Assembly (NCBI GenBank): GCA_028534125.1
Contig: CM052816.1
Coordinates: 61,940,001 to 62,004,000, forward strand
Direction: 5' to 3'
From: Lama glama
Taxonomy: Eukaryota
Length of the DNA: 64,000 nt
This document shows positions 49,585-62,534 of this stretch, piece by piece. A program made the translations under genes and the position numbers. The notes below the pieces were generated by a model. That model was not told the DNA's origin. It was given only the letters and a program-made list of their open reading frames with translations, and did no database searches. Numbering within the stretch: position 1 is the first letter of the stretch; each line of letters begins with the position of its first letter.

Positions 49585-50539
49585 GTAAAGAACAACTGCA
49601 GGGCCCCTGGGTCTGGGCGAGGGAGGTGGGTAGGGGAGGTTGGGGTGCTCTGGGGTAAGGAGTAGCGCCGAAGGGGTTTAGGTGCAGGCGTTAAAATTAA
49701 CAGGTTCGTTTGGTTTACATGCAAACGTTTACAGTTCAAAATTAAGCTTAGAAAGAAAGAATCTCCTCCCCCGCCCCATCGGCTCCCACTCCGCTGGATG
49801 GATTACAGGGTAAGTATGGGGGGGGGGGTTGGGTGGAGACGGACTAGTAACTGTAGGCCTAGGAGGCGGTTGGCTGAACAAACCTGACCTTAACTTTGGT
49901 ATGGCTTGAACTAAAATTTGAAGTGGCAACACTTGGCGAACCCAAGCAAGCAGAGGCATTGTTTGCAGTGAAAGCCGCAAGGCCGAAATGGACGTCTTGG
50001 GTTCTCTCTCTTCCTGTTGTATGTGTGTGCTGTGTGGCCCTGGACCGGTCGCTTTGCCCTTCTGGGCCTCAGTTTCTGCATGTGCAAAAGAAGATTTGTT
50101 GATATATGCGTACGGTTCCTTCCAGCTCGCAGATTGTGTGTCCAGTGGGTGCCGACCTAAAAACAGTGAACCTTGTGCAGTAAGTGCTTCAGAGACTTCC
50201 AGTCCACAACTACCAGCTTATTTGAAAGTTCTAGTAGAGGAGGGTACCTCCTTCAGCCTACTTTGCCACGACGTGTTCTGCTGAACACGCCGTGTTCCCC
50301 CGCCAACACACACACAACTTGGAGATTCACAACGCACTTTTGTATCAAAAAGATAGAATTGCCATGGTTCAGAAGCCCTAACTTTGTTTTAACTTGCCCT
50401 TCCCAGAATGAGCGGACCATGTTTGTTCTGTGGCAGCCTTTACCGAACCATATTATACAGATAGCTGTTATGGGAGGGGTGTGCTGTTCTACCAACTGCG
50501 GTTTTGGGGGGAGCACAGGGGGATTGTTAGAAAGAAAAC

Positions 50540-51900
50540 ATACATTCATTCATACATAGGACAATTTTTATTAAAAGCGTACCGCCTGCTAGGCTATGTG
50601 CTAGGCATTGGGAATAGTTGCTCTTCACACAGAACTTAGTGTAGCCATGAAAGGAAAGTAGTAGAAAGTGGACAAGTGTATGGCAGGGAAAGTACAAAGC
50701 CTTGAGGAGCAAGTAGTGAGGGCACCTAACAGGAGACTGGAGAGGCCAGAAGGACTTTCCAGAAGATAATGGCATTTAGGATAGATCTGAAGAATTGTGA
50801 AAGGTGTTGCAGCCAGAGGGACTGAATATGTAAAGGAAGAAGTGTGTGAAAAGAGGAAATGAAAGATGTGCTTTATGGATGGAACTCAGAATACAAATGG
50901 GAGAGAAGGGAGAAATTAACTAGAGAGATAGTAACAGTAGGTAGTATTTACTATGTACAGTACTAACATTTACTATGTGTCGATGTTTCAGATACTGTGT
51001 CAAGGGTTGTACTTTCTCTCATTTAACATTCACACCCACATATTTCCATTTTACAGATGAGGATGCTGAGGGACAGAGTGATCAAGTAATTTGACTGAGA
51101 GAGCTAGTAAGTGACAGGTCAGGCCCCCACAGACCCCCTGAGCTTATCCTTGTTGCCATGTTTTGGTGTAATGTACAAGGTAGTTTGCAATTCTTAAAGG
51201 ATGTTTTAAGCCATGACAAGGAGTTTACATGTTTTCCTAAGTACCATAGGAAGATATTTAAGCATTTTTAAACATATTCACATTTTGAAAAGCGCATTAT
51301 GGCTGCACAGTAGATAGGAGGAGAGCTAGTTTGGAGGCAAAGTCACCAGTTAGGAGTACTCCTGTTAAGTTATGATGGTGCCTCACGTGTGGTCTCAAGT
51401 AGGTGAGGAGAGAAGCAGATAGATTGGAGATACATTGTTGGTGGTAGCCTCACTGGGAATAGATACATTGTTGGTGGCAGCCTCACTGGGAATCAGTTTG
51501 GATTTGATTAAGGTTAGAAATGAAGTATGCCTGGGTTTCACTGTTAGGCAGTTGGGTGGAGCTGTTTACTAAAATAGGCAGCACCTGAAAAGGAGTAGTT
51601 TTCAGGAGTAGATCATGGCGGCTTCAGTTTGAGGCTTGTGTTGAGGTGTAATCAGGGAATGGAAATATCTAACAGGCAGGAAGGGATAAAATTCATAGCT
51701 TAGGAGGGAAGCCAAAGTCAAAGACAACTAACTACTTGGTGTCATCCACACATGTAATAAGACATGAGTCCACAGAAATGGAAGTCTGCTCAGGTGCAGG
51801 GCTTGGAGTGTGAAGAGAATGTCTGTGGTTGGAGCCTGGAGAAAATTAACTTGTAAGGGGCCAGCAGAGAAGGGCCAGTCTGCACAGTAGGTTGCCTAAG
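50540..51900 (-). mobile_element. L2 remnants with an embedded MIR
   Basis: cattcattcat...tatgtgctaggcattggga (reverse of the L2 3' end), a purine-rich L2 body, and a MIR core near 51000-51120. Confidence 0.55.
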
Positions 51901-54900
51901 CACCTGATAGGCCCGGGTCAGCCCTGGTGATCTTTGCACAGCTGCATCCAGAATTGGCCTGCTGTTTCATTATGTGAGCAGGCATTTTGAGCACTTATGT
52001 GGTATAGGGATTGTGGAAGGGTACATTGTCACAGTCTGTGTCCTCATAAAACTTTAGTAATGAAAATGTGCTGCTTAACAAAGAGGACAAAAGTGACTTT
52101 TTTAAAAAGTCGTTATTGAAATTCCCTTAAACTTAGACCAGTATTATAGATACGTTAACTTTCTTTCAATTGAAAATAATGCTTCAAAGTGTAATAATTT
52201 TAAATTGTGCCATTAAGCTAGATGGTAAGACATAGATAAACAGTTTAAACTCAGCAAAAATTGAAATAATAGGCATGTAAAATAATAGCAGTGTATAAAA
52301 GGTACAATGCAAGTGCCATTAGAAAATACAGATACAGAAAATGTTAAGGCAATTTCTTGGATGATCGATCCAGACAGTGTATTACAGGAAAATAGGGCTC
52401 CAGCAGAAACCTTTAGAGGTAATCATCAGAAAGGACAAGAATGCTCTTTTATTTTTAGGTATAATGCTCGTATGGATGCAGTATGGCATTTCTTGAGTGG
52501 TCCTGCTAGTGATTATTACAAGATATGACCATAAAGTATCGAGGTTGCTTTCCACATAAATCAGCCTCATCCGTTTTATGGTCACCTACTTCAGCTGTTT
52601 TTCCACAGCAGTGTGTATAAGCTTACACCAGTATGTAGGTAACAGAACGGAATGTGTGCTCTCTTAGAGAAATCATAGACTCTTCGTTGTTGTGAAAGAA
52701 ATGACATTTAAACACCTCGAAACTCAGTGAAGTTTACTTTCTTTTAAAACTGCTTTTCCCGGTCATAGTTGTTGAAATTAGTTGTGACATTCATGTTAAT
52801 GATTCACCATTCCCCATGAACAGTTACCTGGCCCAGGTGGCAATATATGTTATTGATGTCACTGGCAGGAAAACTCGTTTTTCTTTTTCTCTCTCTCTCC
52901 TTCAGTAAAATCTATATAGCAAGATAGTGAATTTCTTACAGCAAAATTAACATTACATTTGAGTCAAATTCTTAACACATTACTATAGCATCTTAGTAAT
53001 AGAAGAATTCTAAATTCTACCACATCCAGTTTGTTTTCACTCCTCAGCTATACTCCACACAGTTTCTTTTCTCTCTAGTCTATGCTGCACATCACTGGTG
53101 AAATAATTTTCCTGAGTCGTATGTCTGATCCTGTCCTTCCTGGAAGCAGGAACTTAGTTCTTGACCCCTATCTGTCAATTTTTTATTTCTTTTCAAGCAG
53201 CTTAACCTTTCAGAGGCTCTGTTTCCTTGTTTCTGTAAATGAAGGATTTGGTGACTGAGCTTCCTTTCATGTCTAAATTATAATGCCGAAGCTCCCCACC
53301 TGCAGGGATGAAGTGCTCACTCCGAGACATGGCCAAATCACTCTGGCTGCCCTTTCCTCCCACCACTACTCTCATGCTTTCTACAATCTTCTGATTTGGC
53401 CAACTGTTCCCAGAACTTCTCATGTGCTTTTCTGCCTACATGCTTTTGTTACCACTGTCCTGTTCCACTGGCCATATCTACCGTGGGGAGCTTTCCTGAG
53501 CTTTCAACTGCAAGTTGTACCTGCTCGTTCATCCTCCTTACTACCAGAGCTGTCCCAGTCTAGCATGTGTTCCAGCTGTGGGTGATTAGCCTAGGTAACC
53601 AAGTATATTGTAAGTTTACTTTAGTGTAAGAACTTTTCTTTATTTATCTCCCTGGCTTCTCTCACATCTATTTCAGAGTTATGCCCATAATAGGTAAGTA
53701 ATATTTAGAGGGTTGATCTCTAGAATTGCTGCTGAGCAGAATCTAGTACCAAAGTAAATAGACTAAACTAGAGAGCAGTCTGGTTTCTGTTTCATTAGAT
53801 AGTGAATTTAAACTTCTCCATGTCTCTTCTTATCTTAAACTGGTAATGTCTATAACCTTTTTCTTCATAGGTTATTTGTGTTTTTTGAGACAAGTGGTTG
53901 AAAGCACTTTATACATTTACTTGAATGTTAGTTCTTTCATGTCAGTAGTTTAAGCCACTCTTTGATTTATTTTCTTCTCTCCTTTTGAGGGTCAAATGAT
54001 TATGAAGGCATTATTAACTGAAGGTGAGGACATCTGCTCTTTTAAAATGTTTATATCAAGGAATTTCATTTAACCAATTTTTTTTAATGCACAGAGACTT
54101 AAATTTCTGCTGTTCTTTCTATTTTGCTCTAAGTACAATATTTGGGGATCCCAAAGAAAGGGTTATATCTATGAATTCTTAGTATAAATCAGTAGAAAAG
54201 TTTAAATACTTGGAGTTTTACTTTGCATTCAACTTTAGCAGAGTATATATATATTATGTAGATATTAGCACCTATATGGTTTAAAAATGTGGCCCCTATT
54301 TGAATTTTAAAAGCAGAGAAAATTGAAGTTATCTTTAAGGGTTACCACATTATGATGACTAAAATTATAATGAAGCAACCAAATGTAAAACTTAAAGTTT
54401 TTCAAAACAGAAAAGGAATCTAATTTAAGCCTAACCAAGTTAAAAATGAAAAGAATGGACAAAGGTAATTGCAGTTGCTAATTAATTAATACAGGGAAAA
54501 CTTACCTAAGCTATTTACTTTTAAATTTAAATGATTATAGAAAATGTTTTAATAGAAAGAAAATTTTGACAGGCTTCCCTAAAATCTAAAATATACAGCA
54601 CAAGAGAAATAAAATATTAAGTTTCAGGCATCACTGTTAAAGTTCTTAGTGATGTTGACTTTGGAAAAAGGTGATGTGAAATTTCAAGAGAATAGATTGA
54701 GGTCAGTATGATGGCTTACCATACCTTTGGGGGGCCACTGAACAACCTGAGGCCACTCCATCCTTTTCTCTCTCATTTTCTCATTTCTTTTATTTTGTTG
54801 CTACTTTTTCAACTTTTCTAACCTTTCTCTTTTCTCTCACTTCTTTGCCCTACTATTACTTTTTTTTTTTTCATTTTACAGCTTGGAGAATCATATACAG

Positions 54901-55699
54901 ATTTTCATTATTTCCATCACCCCAGGAAGTCCCCTTGTGCCTCTTATCAATTCCCCTTTCCCAGCAATCATTATTCTGATTTCAATTGTCCTTTTATTCC
55001 TTTTCTTCTGGTTCCTGTCATGCCTCAGGTGGCCACTGACACTGCAGACACTGTCTAGTTTCATAGCTGGCAATTTGGAGCTATAGAAGTTACTGATTTC
55101 CAACTGCTGAACTCTTTTCTTAAGTTTATAACCTCAAAGCAACACATAATTGTTGAGGACCTCCTAACAGCAGTACACCATGCTAAGCACTGACATGTGG
55201 CATGGTCCCAAATCTAGAGAAACTGACATTCTCTTCTCCTTTAAGTAACTGGGAAGGGAAGGACCCCTGCCACTCAAGTTGTTCAACAGAATTCTAGGTT
55301 CAGAGTAAGCCTGTGTTAACTTGTAACAAATACAAGAAGTAAAGACCTCTAAAATTCATTCCTAAAACCATCAGTTAATAAAATGTTATTGAAAATCTGC
55401 AGTGTAGCTTCTCTGAAGAATTTACAAGTGCAATCATTGCCTTTTGTGAAAGAATGTGTGCATGACAGCAACTCTTCTTAGTGTTGGGGTTTGGATTGTT
55501 TGAAGGAGGTTTTTTGATTTGGGTTTTGAGAAGACAACTCATCACATTTCAAATTTTAAAAATACCAGGTGTATAATGACATGTCTCTCACCCTTTTTCC
55601 CTTTGGACCCAGGACTCCTTTCTTCAGGTAACCAGTGTATATCCCTGCAGAGACACTTTTTACATATCTCCATCTGTCTATTAATGTAATCTGTATTAT

Positions 55700-56540
55700 A
55701 CGTGTGTTTGTATATCTATGAATTTCCTTTCTTTTATACAAATGGCAGTGTTTCATAAGCATAGTTCTACACTTTGCTTTTTTCTCTTTAAATCTTAGAG
55801 ATCAGTGCATACCATTAAGTAAAGACCATCCTTATTCTTTCATACAATAATTGATGATTAAATTTTACTTCTTATAAACAACGCTGCAGTGAATAACTTT
55901 GCACATAAGTCCGTATGCATTTGTGCAAGTAAAGTGAAAGTATCAACTCCCAGATGTGGAAGTGCCGTATCAGAAGAGTATGTACATTGCTAGTTCTGAT
56001 AGATTTCGTCAGCTTACTTTCCATAGAGATGGTACTAATTTATACTCCTACCAGCAATAGATGGGAGTGTGTCCCCCTACACCCTCATCAACCTTTTTAA
56101 TTTTTGCTATTCTGCTAAGTGAAAATGGAATCCCAGTATAGATTTTAATTAATTTCATTTATTATGAAAAATGCTGAGCATCTTTCCATGTATAGATTTT
56201 AATTAATCCAGTATAGATTTTAATTAATTTCATTTATTATGAAAAATGCTGAGCATCTTTCCATGTTGCAGAGTTGTTTCCGTTTCCTTTTCTGTTAACT
56301 CTCTGATCAGCAACTTTGCCCGTTTTTTCCCCCTCTTGGTTATTGGTCTTCTTCATGGCTTGGTGGGTTTTATAGAGTAGGGATAACACCTTTTGTTGGT
56401 GCTGTGAGTTGCAAATATTTTTCCCATGTTTTCATTCGTCTTTTGAGTTTGCTTTTGGTGTCTTTGACATTTAGATTTTTTTTATGTAGTCAAATTTATA
56501 AGTTTTATTTAATGGCTTTTGAATTGTGGGCCATGATTAG
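55700..56540 (-). mobile_element. Ancient L1 (L1ME-like) fragment
   Basis: aatttatactcctaccagcaat...gctgagcatctttccatg...gttgcaaatattttttccca are typical antisense L1M motifs. Confidence 0.65.
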
Positions 56541-58334
56541 TTAATGGATTTTGGATTGTTGGAACATTTTGAGGGAAGCAGGGTCTGTTACCCCAAACAG
56601 CCTTAGCAAACTTTAAAGCTGAGTGAAACAAGAACAGCATGGGAACTAAGATGGGAAAATGGATAACTTGTCAGACTAAAGGCCTCCTGATACAACCTTG
56701 CTATTAAGTTTGACATGGATCTCAAGTACCTTTATATTAGCAGAGTTCTTATTCCAGGCAACAGAAACTGACTAGTTGATTTAAGTGGAATAGGAAAGAT
56801 CTCAGGTAGCTCACAGAATCTAAGAAAAGGCTGGATGGTAAAGGCTCTGAAAACAGGCAAGACTGAGGGAACCCATAGCCAAGATCTGCACAGGCCCAGA
56901 CCTTGTTAGAGCTGCTGCTGCCAGTGGCATCACTGCCTCCAGAAGCTGGATCCTTACAGCAGAATGAACTGTCCCCATTTCATTGTGTCTCAGCTTTATT
57001 GTGTCTGTTGCATCAGATTCAAGTTTCAAGTAGAAGCCTTTAGTTGGCCAGATAGTCCTGAAAATTACAGGCAAATGAAGCTTGAGATCTTAATGTAACC
57101 AGAGGCTGGTGGGGAAGTAGCTGACAGGAAATTATTTGGAGTTCTTGTTATAGTTCCCTTTCATGTAAAAATTACACCCTTGTTGAAGAAGATGAACTGC
57201 TCTGAAAACATTTTATATTTTGTTCATTCTAAAAATATGAGACACTTGAATGATGAGTTTTATCAGTGTCTTTAGTCATAAATGAGTTACTTTCTAATAC
57301 ATGCTGAGATGAGATCATTTTGAATCTGTCCGTTACATCATTTTTAGTTTGTTGTAGGAATGGTAATGGTGCATTTAGCACAGCTTTGTTCAGTATTATT
57401 CAGTGTCTGTGGTTTCTATGGGAACAGATTTAACATTGACCCGAATACTGAGCTTTTTTTTTTCAACATGCAGTTATTTCATAATGAAAGAGCCTCAGAT
57501 TTCATTATTAATCCAATTTTGTTCCATAGTTCTGCTACCATGCAGCATATGTGTTCCTACACTCTGCAATAAAAACCATAAGGTTTATGAAAAAAATAAA
57601 ATTAGTTTGGGTCACAACACTCAAACTTCATCAGTGATACATCAAAATCATAGGAGCTTATTTGCATATGTCAATTGGTTAAAAGATATGTGAATACTGA
57701 AACAAATAGGGCGCTGTACTTTTAAAAGACCTGAAGTTTGTTGTGGAAGTGGAGACCAGGAGAATTGCAGCTTGTGAGTTGTTTTGAAGTAATGGTGGGA
57801 AGGTGATGATGCCAAATCAGATGGAAGGTCGTAACACCAAATATGGGTGGTGCTGCTCAGAGCACACGTGGTGAACTGAGGTCGCTGGAAATGTTTTGAG
57901 GTGTGTCTGTGTGAGGCTCAGAGCAACTGGATGTGGTTTTCTTTATTCACCTAGTATATTTTGTGGACATGCTAAGCTCAAATTGTTCCCTCTTATAGCA
58001 ATTGCATTGGAACAAATCTATGTTTTTAAAACAAGCATTGTAGCAGAACTGACTATATTTTTACTAAAACAACTAAATAATGTATATTTTAAAGCAAGAT
58101 TGGAGTTGGGGAAAATGACTAATATTTGACCTTCATAACATTAAAGAAATGATTGGAAATGATCTTTTAAAATTAGCTATATTAATTTATACTTTATGTA
58201 CTTTATTATTAAATTGAGATTTCACAATTTGAAGGATTTAGAAGTTAGATGCCCTTCATTAAGGAAGTAGAGTAATACTGTACTGGCCCTTTGATTGGTT
58301 GATGGGAGCCCTTCTTGGAGGCTAAAATCAGGCT

Positions 58335-58725
58335 ATATATACATACAATGGAATATTAGTCTGTCATAAAAAGGAATGTCATTCTGGTGTATGCTACAAT
58401 ATGGATGAATCTTGAAAACATTATGCTAAGTTAAATAAGCCAGGCACAAAAGGATAAATATTATGTGATTGCACTTACATGAGACACCTAGAATAAGTAA
58501 ATGCATAGACACAGAAAGGAGAATAGAGGTTACTAGGAGCTAGAGGGAAGGAGGAATGAACAGTTATTGTTTAGTAGGTGTAGTTGTGTGTGGGATGGTG
58601 ATGAGGTTTTGGAAGTGCGTTGGTGATGGTTGTGTAACATTATGAATGTACTTAATGTCACTGAGTTGTACACTTAGAAATGGTAAATATGGTAAATGTT
58701 TATTTTCTGTGTATGTTATCACAAA
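58335..58725 (+). mobile_element. L1MB-like 3' end
   Basis: catacaatggaatatt...atgctacaatatggatgaatcttgaaaacattatgctaag...gtacttaatgtcactgagttgtacactt. Confidence 0.75.
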
Positions 58726-59367
58726 CATCAGTTTTAATTTATTTCATCTGTTATTTGTATCTTTAACATTACCTGCATGCACCAGTAATTGTACAGAGAT
58801 ACTGTAAATATTTCTGAACATTGATCAGACTGAATATGTGACTAGTTTGTTTTCTCTTGTCAAAACTGGAGTCCTGTGTTGAGATGTTTCTAATAATACC
58901 TAGCAATTAAAGTATTCTGGAATTTGACCAATTCCTCTAAGAAATTTAGACATTTTTTCTTCTAAGGAAAAGCAGAAGAACATGTGTTAACCTGAATGTT
59001 TACATATATATCTAGCCAATTAATTATCTTACATTTGAGGGACGGGCCAAGGTACCCTGGAATTTCTTCCGCAGTGTTACAGAATTCCTAGAATCTTTAA
59101 GTTCTCGACTATAGTATTGCATTTCTGTTGAATGAATTACAGAATAATGTGTCCTTGAACTATTTGTCAAGGGAATAGTTTGAGTAAACTGGCTTTTCTA
59201 ATGATTTCTAATAGTCATAACAATTGAGTAGTGTTCCTAAGTACGTCGGAGATGATTTTTTAAATAAATTCTACAGCAGGTGGTTTTCTTAGCTTTGCCA
59301 TGTGATGAAATGCTTATGTTTTTACTTGTTTGTATGTCTCCTAACATGTTCTCCAATTGTATTTCAG

Positions 59368-59415
59368 GTTGCAACAAGGACAGTGTCCGAGCAGGCTGTA
59401 AAAAATGTGGCTACC
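59368..59415 (+). CDS. SREK1IP1: SREK1IP1 exon 2 (GCNKDSVRAGCKKCGY-P), first half of a CCHC zinc knuckle
   Basis: 48 nt; branch-like CTAAC at 59341-59345, acceptor TTTCAG|GT, donor C|GTAAGT. The peptide matches SREK1IP1. Later exons lie beyond the window. Confidence 0.95.
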
Positions 59416-62400
59416 GTAAGTACATTTTAAAAAGTCGTGTTTTGTGCAGTGAATTGTTGCCCCTTTAGGCAGTATGATTTAGTATCCTGATTTCTGGGCC
59501 CTGGGCATACTCTTTTAGTCCTGTTATTTAGCTTAGGATTGCAGATAATTCAGAAATTCCTCTGTCAGCACTAAATACTCATTTTTCTTCCCTGCTGTGG
59601 ACTCAGTGACAGGGGGCTGTATATCTGGTGACTAGCGAGGATGTCGTGAAGTGCAGGTAGGGCAGTAGATTTAAGAGTCTGGAGAAAGTATATTCCAGAA
59701 AAAGTACATAGATACTTACTCTTTTATTCCTTATCCTTCTAGATACTAGGTGAAGAGGGGAAGGCAATGAAAACTGTTTATGAATGGTTTTCCTGAACTA
59801 TGAATTGTTAGTGACTTAATTCTTTATAAGGGTGAAATTGCTCCCAAAATTTCTGTTCACTGGCAACAACTTGATTTAAACAATCGTTAATCTCCATTAT
59901 GATTAATCGAATGGAGTGGAAAAGTAAACTTCACCGTGTATAATTAGGCAGTCTAAATTTGTACTTAGGTCCTATATAACCAAATATAATTTCTCTAAAT
60001 AAATATAATTCTTAAAGCCTTGCTTACAGCTCTAACATTACACTGTTTTCTAAGTTGTTTGGAGAACATGCACATGAGCCTGGATTGTCATTAGTACTCC
60101 AATTCATAGCAGAGTTGTTTCGTAACAAAATAAAGGTGATTTGAAAAAAAAAATTTCCGTACGAAAGCAGGTAGTAAGAGAGCACTTGAGGCATAAGTCT
60201 CCATTAGAAGGGCTAAGAACAAAAGCAAGCTGGGAGAACCAAGTCACATGCCTCCAAGGAAAGGCTGAAACCTGGGTCAGTTGAAGCTTGCTCAACTAGC
60301 AACAGTGGGGTGTAGGTACACAGATCCTTCAGATGAATAAAAACTCCTGAAGGATATGCTACACCCAAGAAATCTTGTCTTTTTTTTTTTTTTAAGTTTG
60401 TTTACATTTTTTTCAGATTTCGTTACATTCTTTTAATCCTTGCTAATTTCGTTTCTTTGTTCAAGATTTAACCTACATATGGAGTAAAACCACAAAGAAA
60501 AGATATGCATAAGTGAGGCTGGTGGGAGAGGTTATGTGGGGGAGGTGGGAATGTGAAGTGGTTGTGGAGGAGGGACACATAGAAGGTTAGGGTTCTGGTA
60601 ACAGTCTGTTTCCTAACCTGAGATGGGTATGCAGCTATTCACTTTATTAATTCTCTTTCAACTGTAAATACTTATTTTATATACTCTTCTCTTTATATGA
60701 TGTACAAGATTGTTTGTTTGAAGTTTTACATTAAAAAGAAAAGACTTAAGAAAATACAGTATATATAAATGCTGTATTTACTTCAAAATCTGGAATGGGT
60801 TTCCTAGTTTGTCTACTATTACCAGTTTATCTACTTGGACTTCTTTTAACTTAAGACTTGTAGGAAAGCAATTAAAGTCATCTTTTGGAAGTAGAATATT
60901 TGATGATCTAGTTTCCTCTTTGCTATTTTATTTTAGACAGTAATTGAAGCATCTGTAGTAAGTATAATTTTTTTTAGGAAAGCCAAGTAACCAAATAGTT
61001 TTGACAGTCTCTCCAACTTTAGTGCCTTTTGTTATATTATTCAGATCTTTTGATTTTAGTGATTAAATTATAAACAATTTGTAATTTGTCTCCTATGAGA
61101 AAATTTTGTAATATTCTGGGTTAAATTTACATCTTATGGCTGCTAGAGATGAAAGGCTTTGCAATTTACATGTCTTTTTAATAGAAACTACATTTAAAAA
61201 TGTATCTGTTATTTGAAGGCCAGAATCTGTATTGCTTTTAGAGGTAAGAGAAAGATCAACAAAACCCTTTCAAATGTTTTCAGCACCTAAAAATTTGAAT
61301 GTTCATCAGTCAGTTACAAAAGAGTGTTGTCCCACTATTGTTGTAAAAAGAGTAGTTTAGATTGTACAGTTTTTTAAAATTTTAATACTTGATTGAAAAA
61401 CATTTTATTGTCCATATGTTTGAATAGTGGTTATATTGGTTTTTAAAAGTTTCAAGTTAAGCATGAATGTGTTGCTAGGTAACATGGATCTCACTTTTTC
61501 ATGGCAGAATTTCCTCAGCAAAATTAGAAGAATGGATATTTCTATAGTGAATTTTTATTTGAATTTTTTTGAAGTTGGCAACTTCTGAAGTGGGAGATGA
61601 ACAAGCAGTTAAAATACTCAAAGAAATCTGATTGCAAACTCCTTCTATCATTAGTTCTCAATGTGATATTGCTTCCATGGGTATCTGTGGAGGTTTTTGT
61701 TTTTGTTTTTTTAGTTGCTCATTACAGGGTGGAAAAGAGCAGTATGACGTTTAGTATGTAGGGTCCAGGGATTATAAACATTCTACAATGTATAGGCCAG
61801 TCCTGGACAACGAAGAATTGTCTGGCCCCTTTGCCAGTGGCACCCACCTTGAGAAAAAAGGTAGCTTTTCTCATTGTTTTAGATTTTTTTCCCCTAATGT
61901 TGAGCTGCAACCCACCGGCATAGAAAACCTGGACTTGCCCAGCTCAAGACCAAAGAAAGAGCTGAAGTCAGCAAGAGACATCAGTGGTTTAGTAGATAGA
62001 GGGATCTTACACGTATAAAGCAAGATCCTAGAGTGACACCCTATGTGTGAGGCAGATGGCAGGCGGGAAATGGCAGCAGTCTTTGCTGAGGAAGGGAGGG
62101 TTACAGGGGAATAATGTCAGGTTGGCTTATCTACGTGGTGCAAGGGTCTGCACTAAGCAGTTTAAAGATACGATTAATGGCATTTCATTTCTAAAACAAC
62201 CCTGTGAAGTAGGTTTCATAGTCTCCAGCTGTGTGACTTTACACAAGTTACTTAACCACTCTGTGCTTCAGTTTCCTATCTGGAAAATGAGATGATCATA
62301 GTACTTAGTTCCATAAAGTTGTTGTGAAGACTAGTTAATGCAAGTTTGAGATCAATGGTTTGCCATAGTAATTCCTCAAAAGTTGTTGATATTGATTATT

Positions 62401-62534
62401 ATTGTTATTGTTACATATCAGAAAACAGACTCAAGAGGATTATTCTGTTGTTAAATTGGAAAACTGGAGATTGAAATCTTGTTATTTTTAAGATTTTACA
62501 CTATGCTGGGGTCCTTTATTTCCCCATTAAAAAA

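Larger units (their letters stand above)
48780..49700. promoter_or_regulatory. CpG island / bidirectional promoter shared by CWC27 and SREK1IP1
   Basis: The only extended CpG-dense segment of the window; divergent start codons about 620 bp apart; YY1-type GCCGCCATGTTG at 49139-49150; ETS-like CGGAAG near 49541; no obvious TATA box. Confidence 0.9.

Noticed and set aside
48988..50639. Many 60-128 aa ORFs around the promoter
   Set aside because: Expected in GC-rich CpG-island sequence; no homology recognised beyond the two true first exons.
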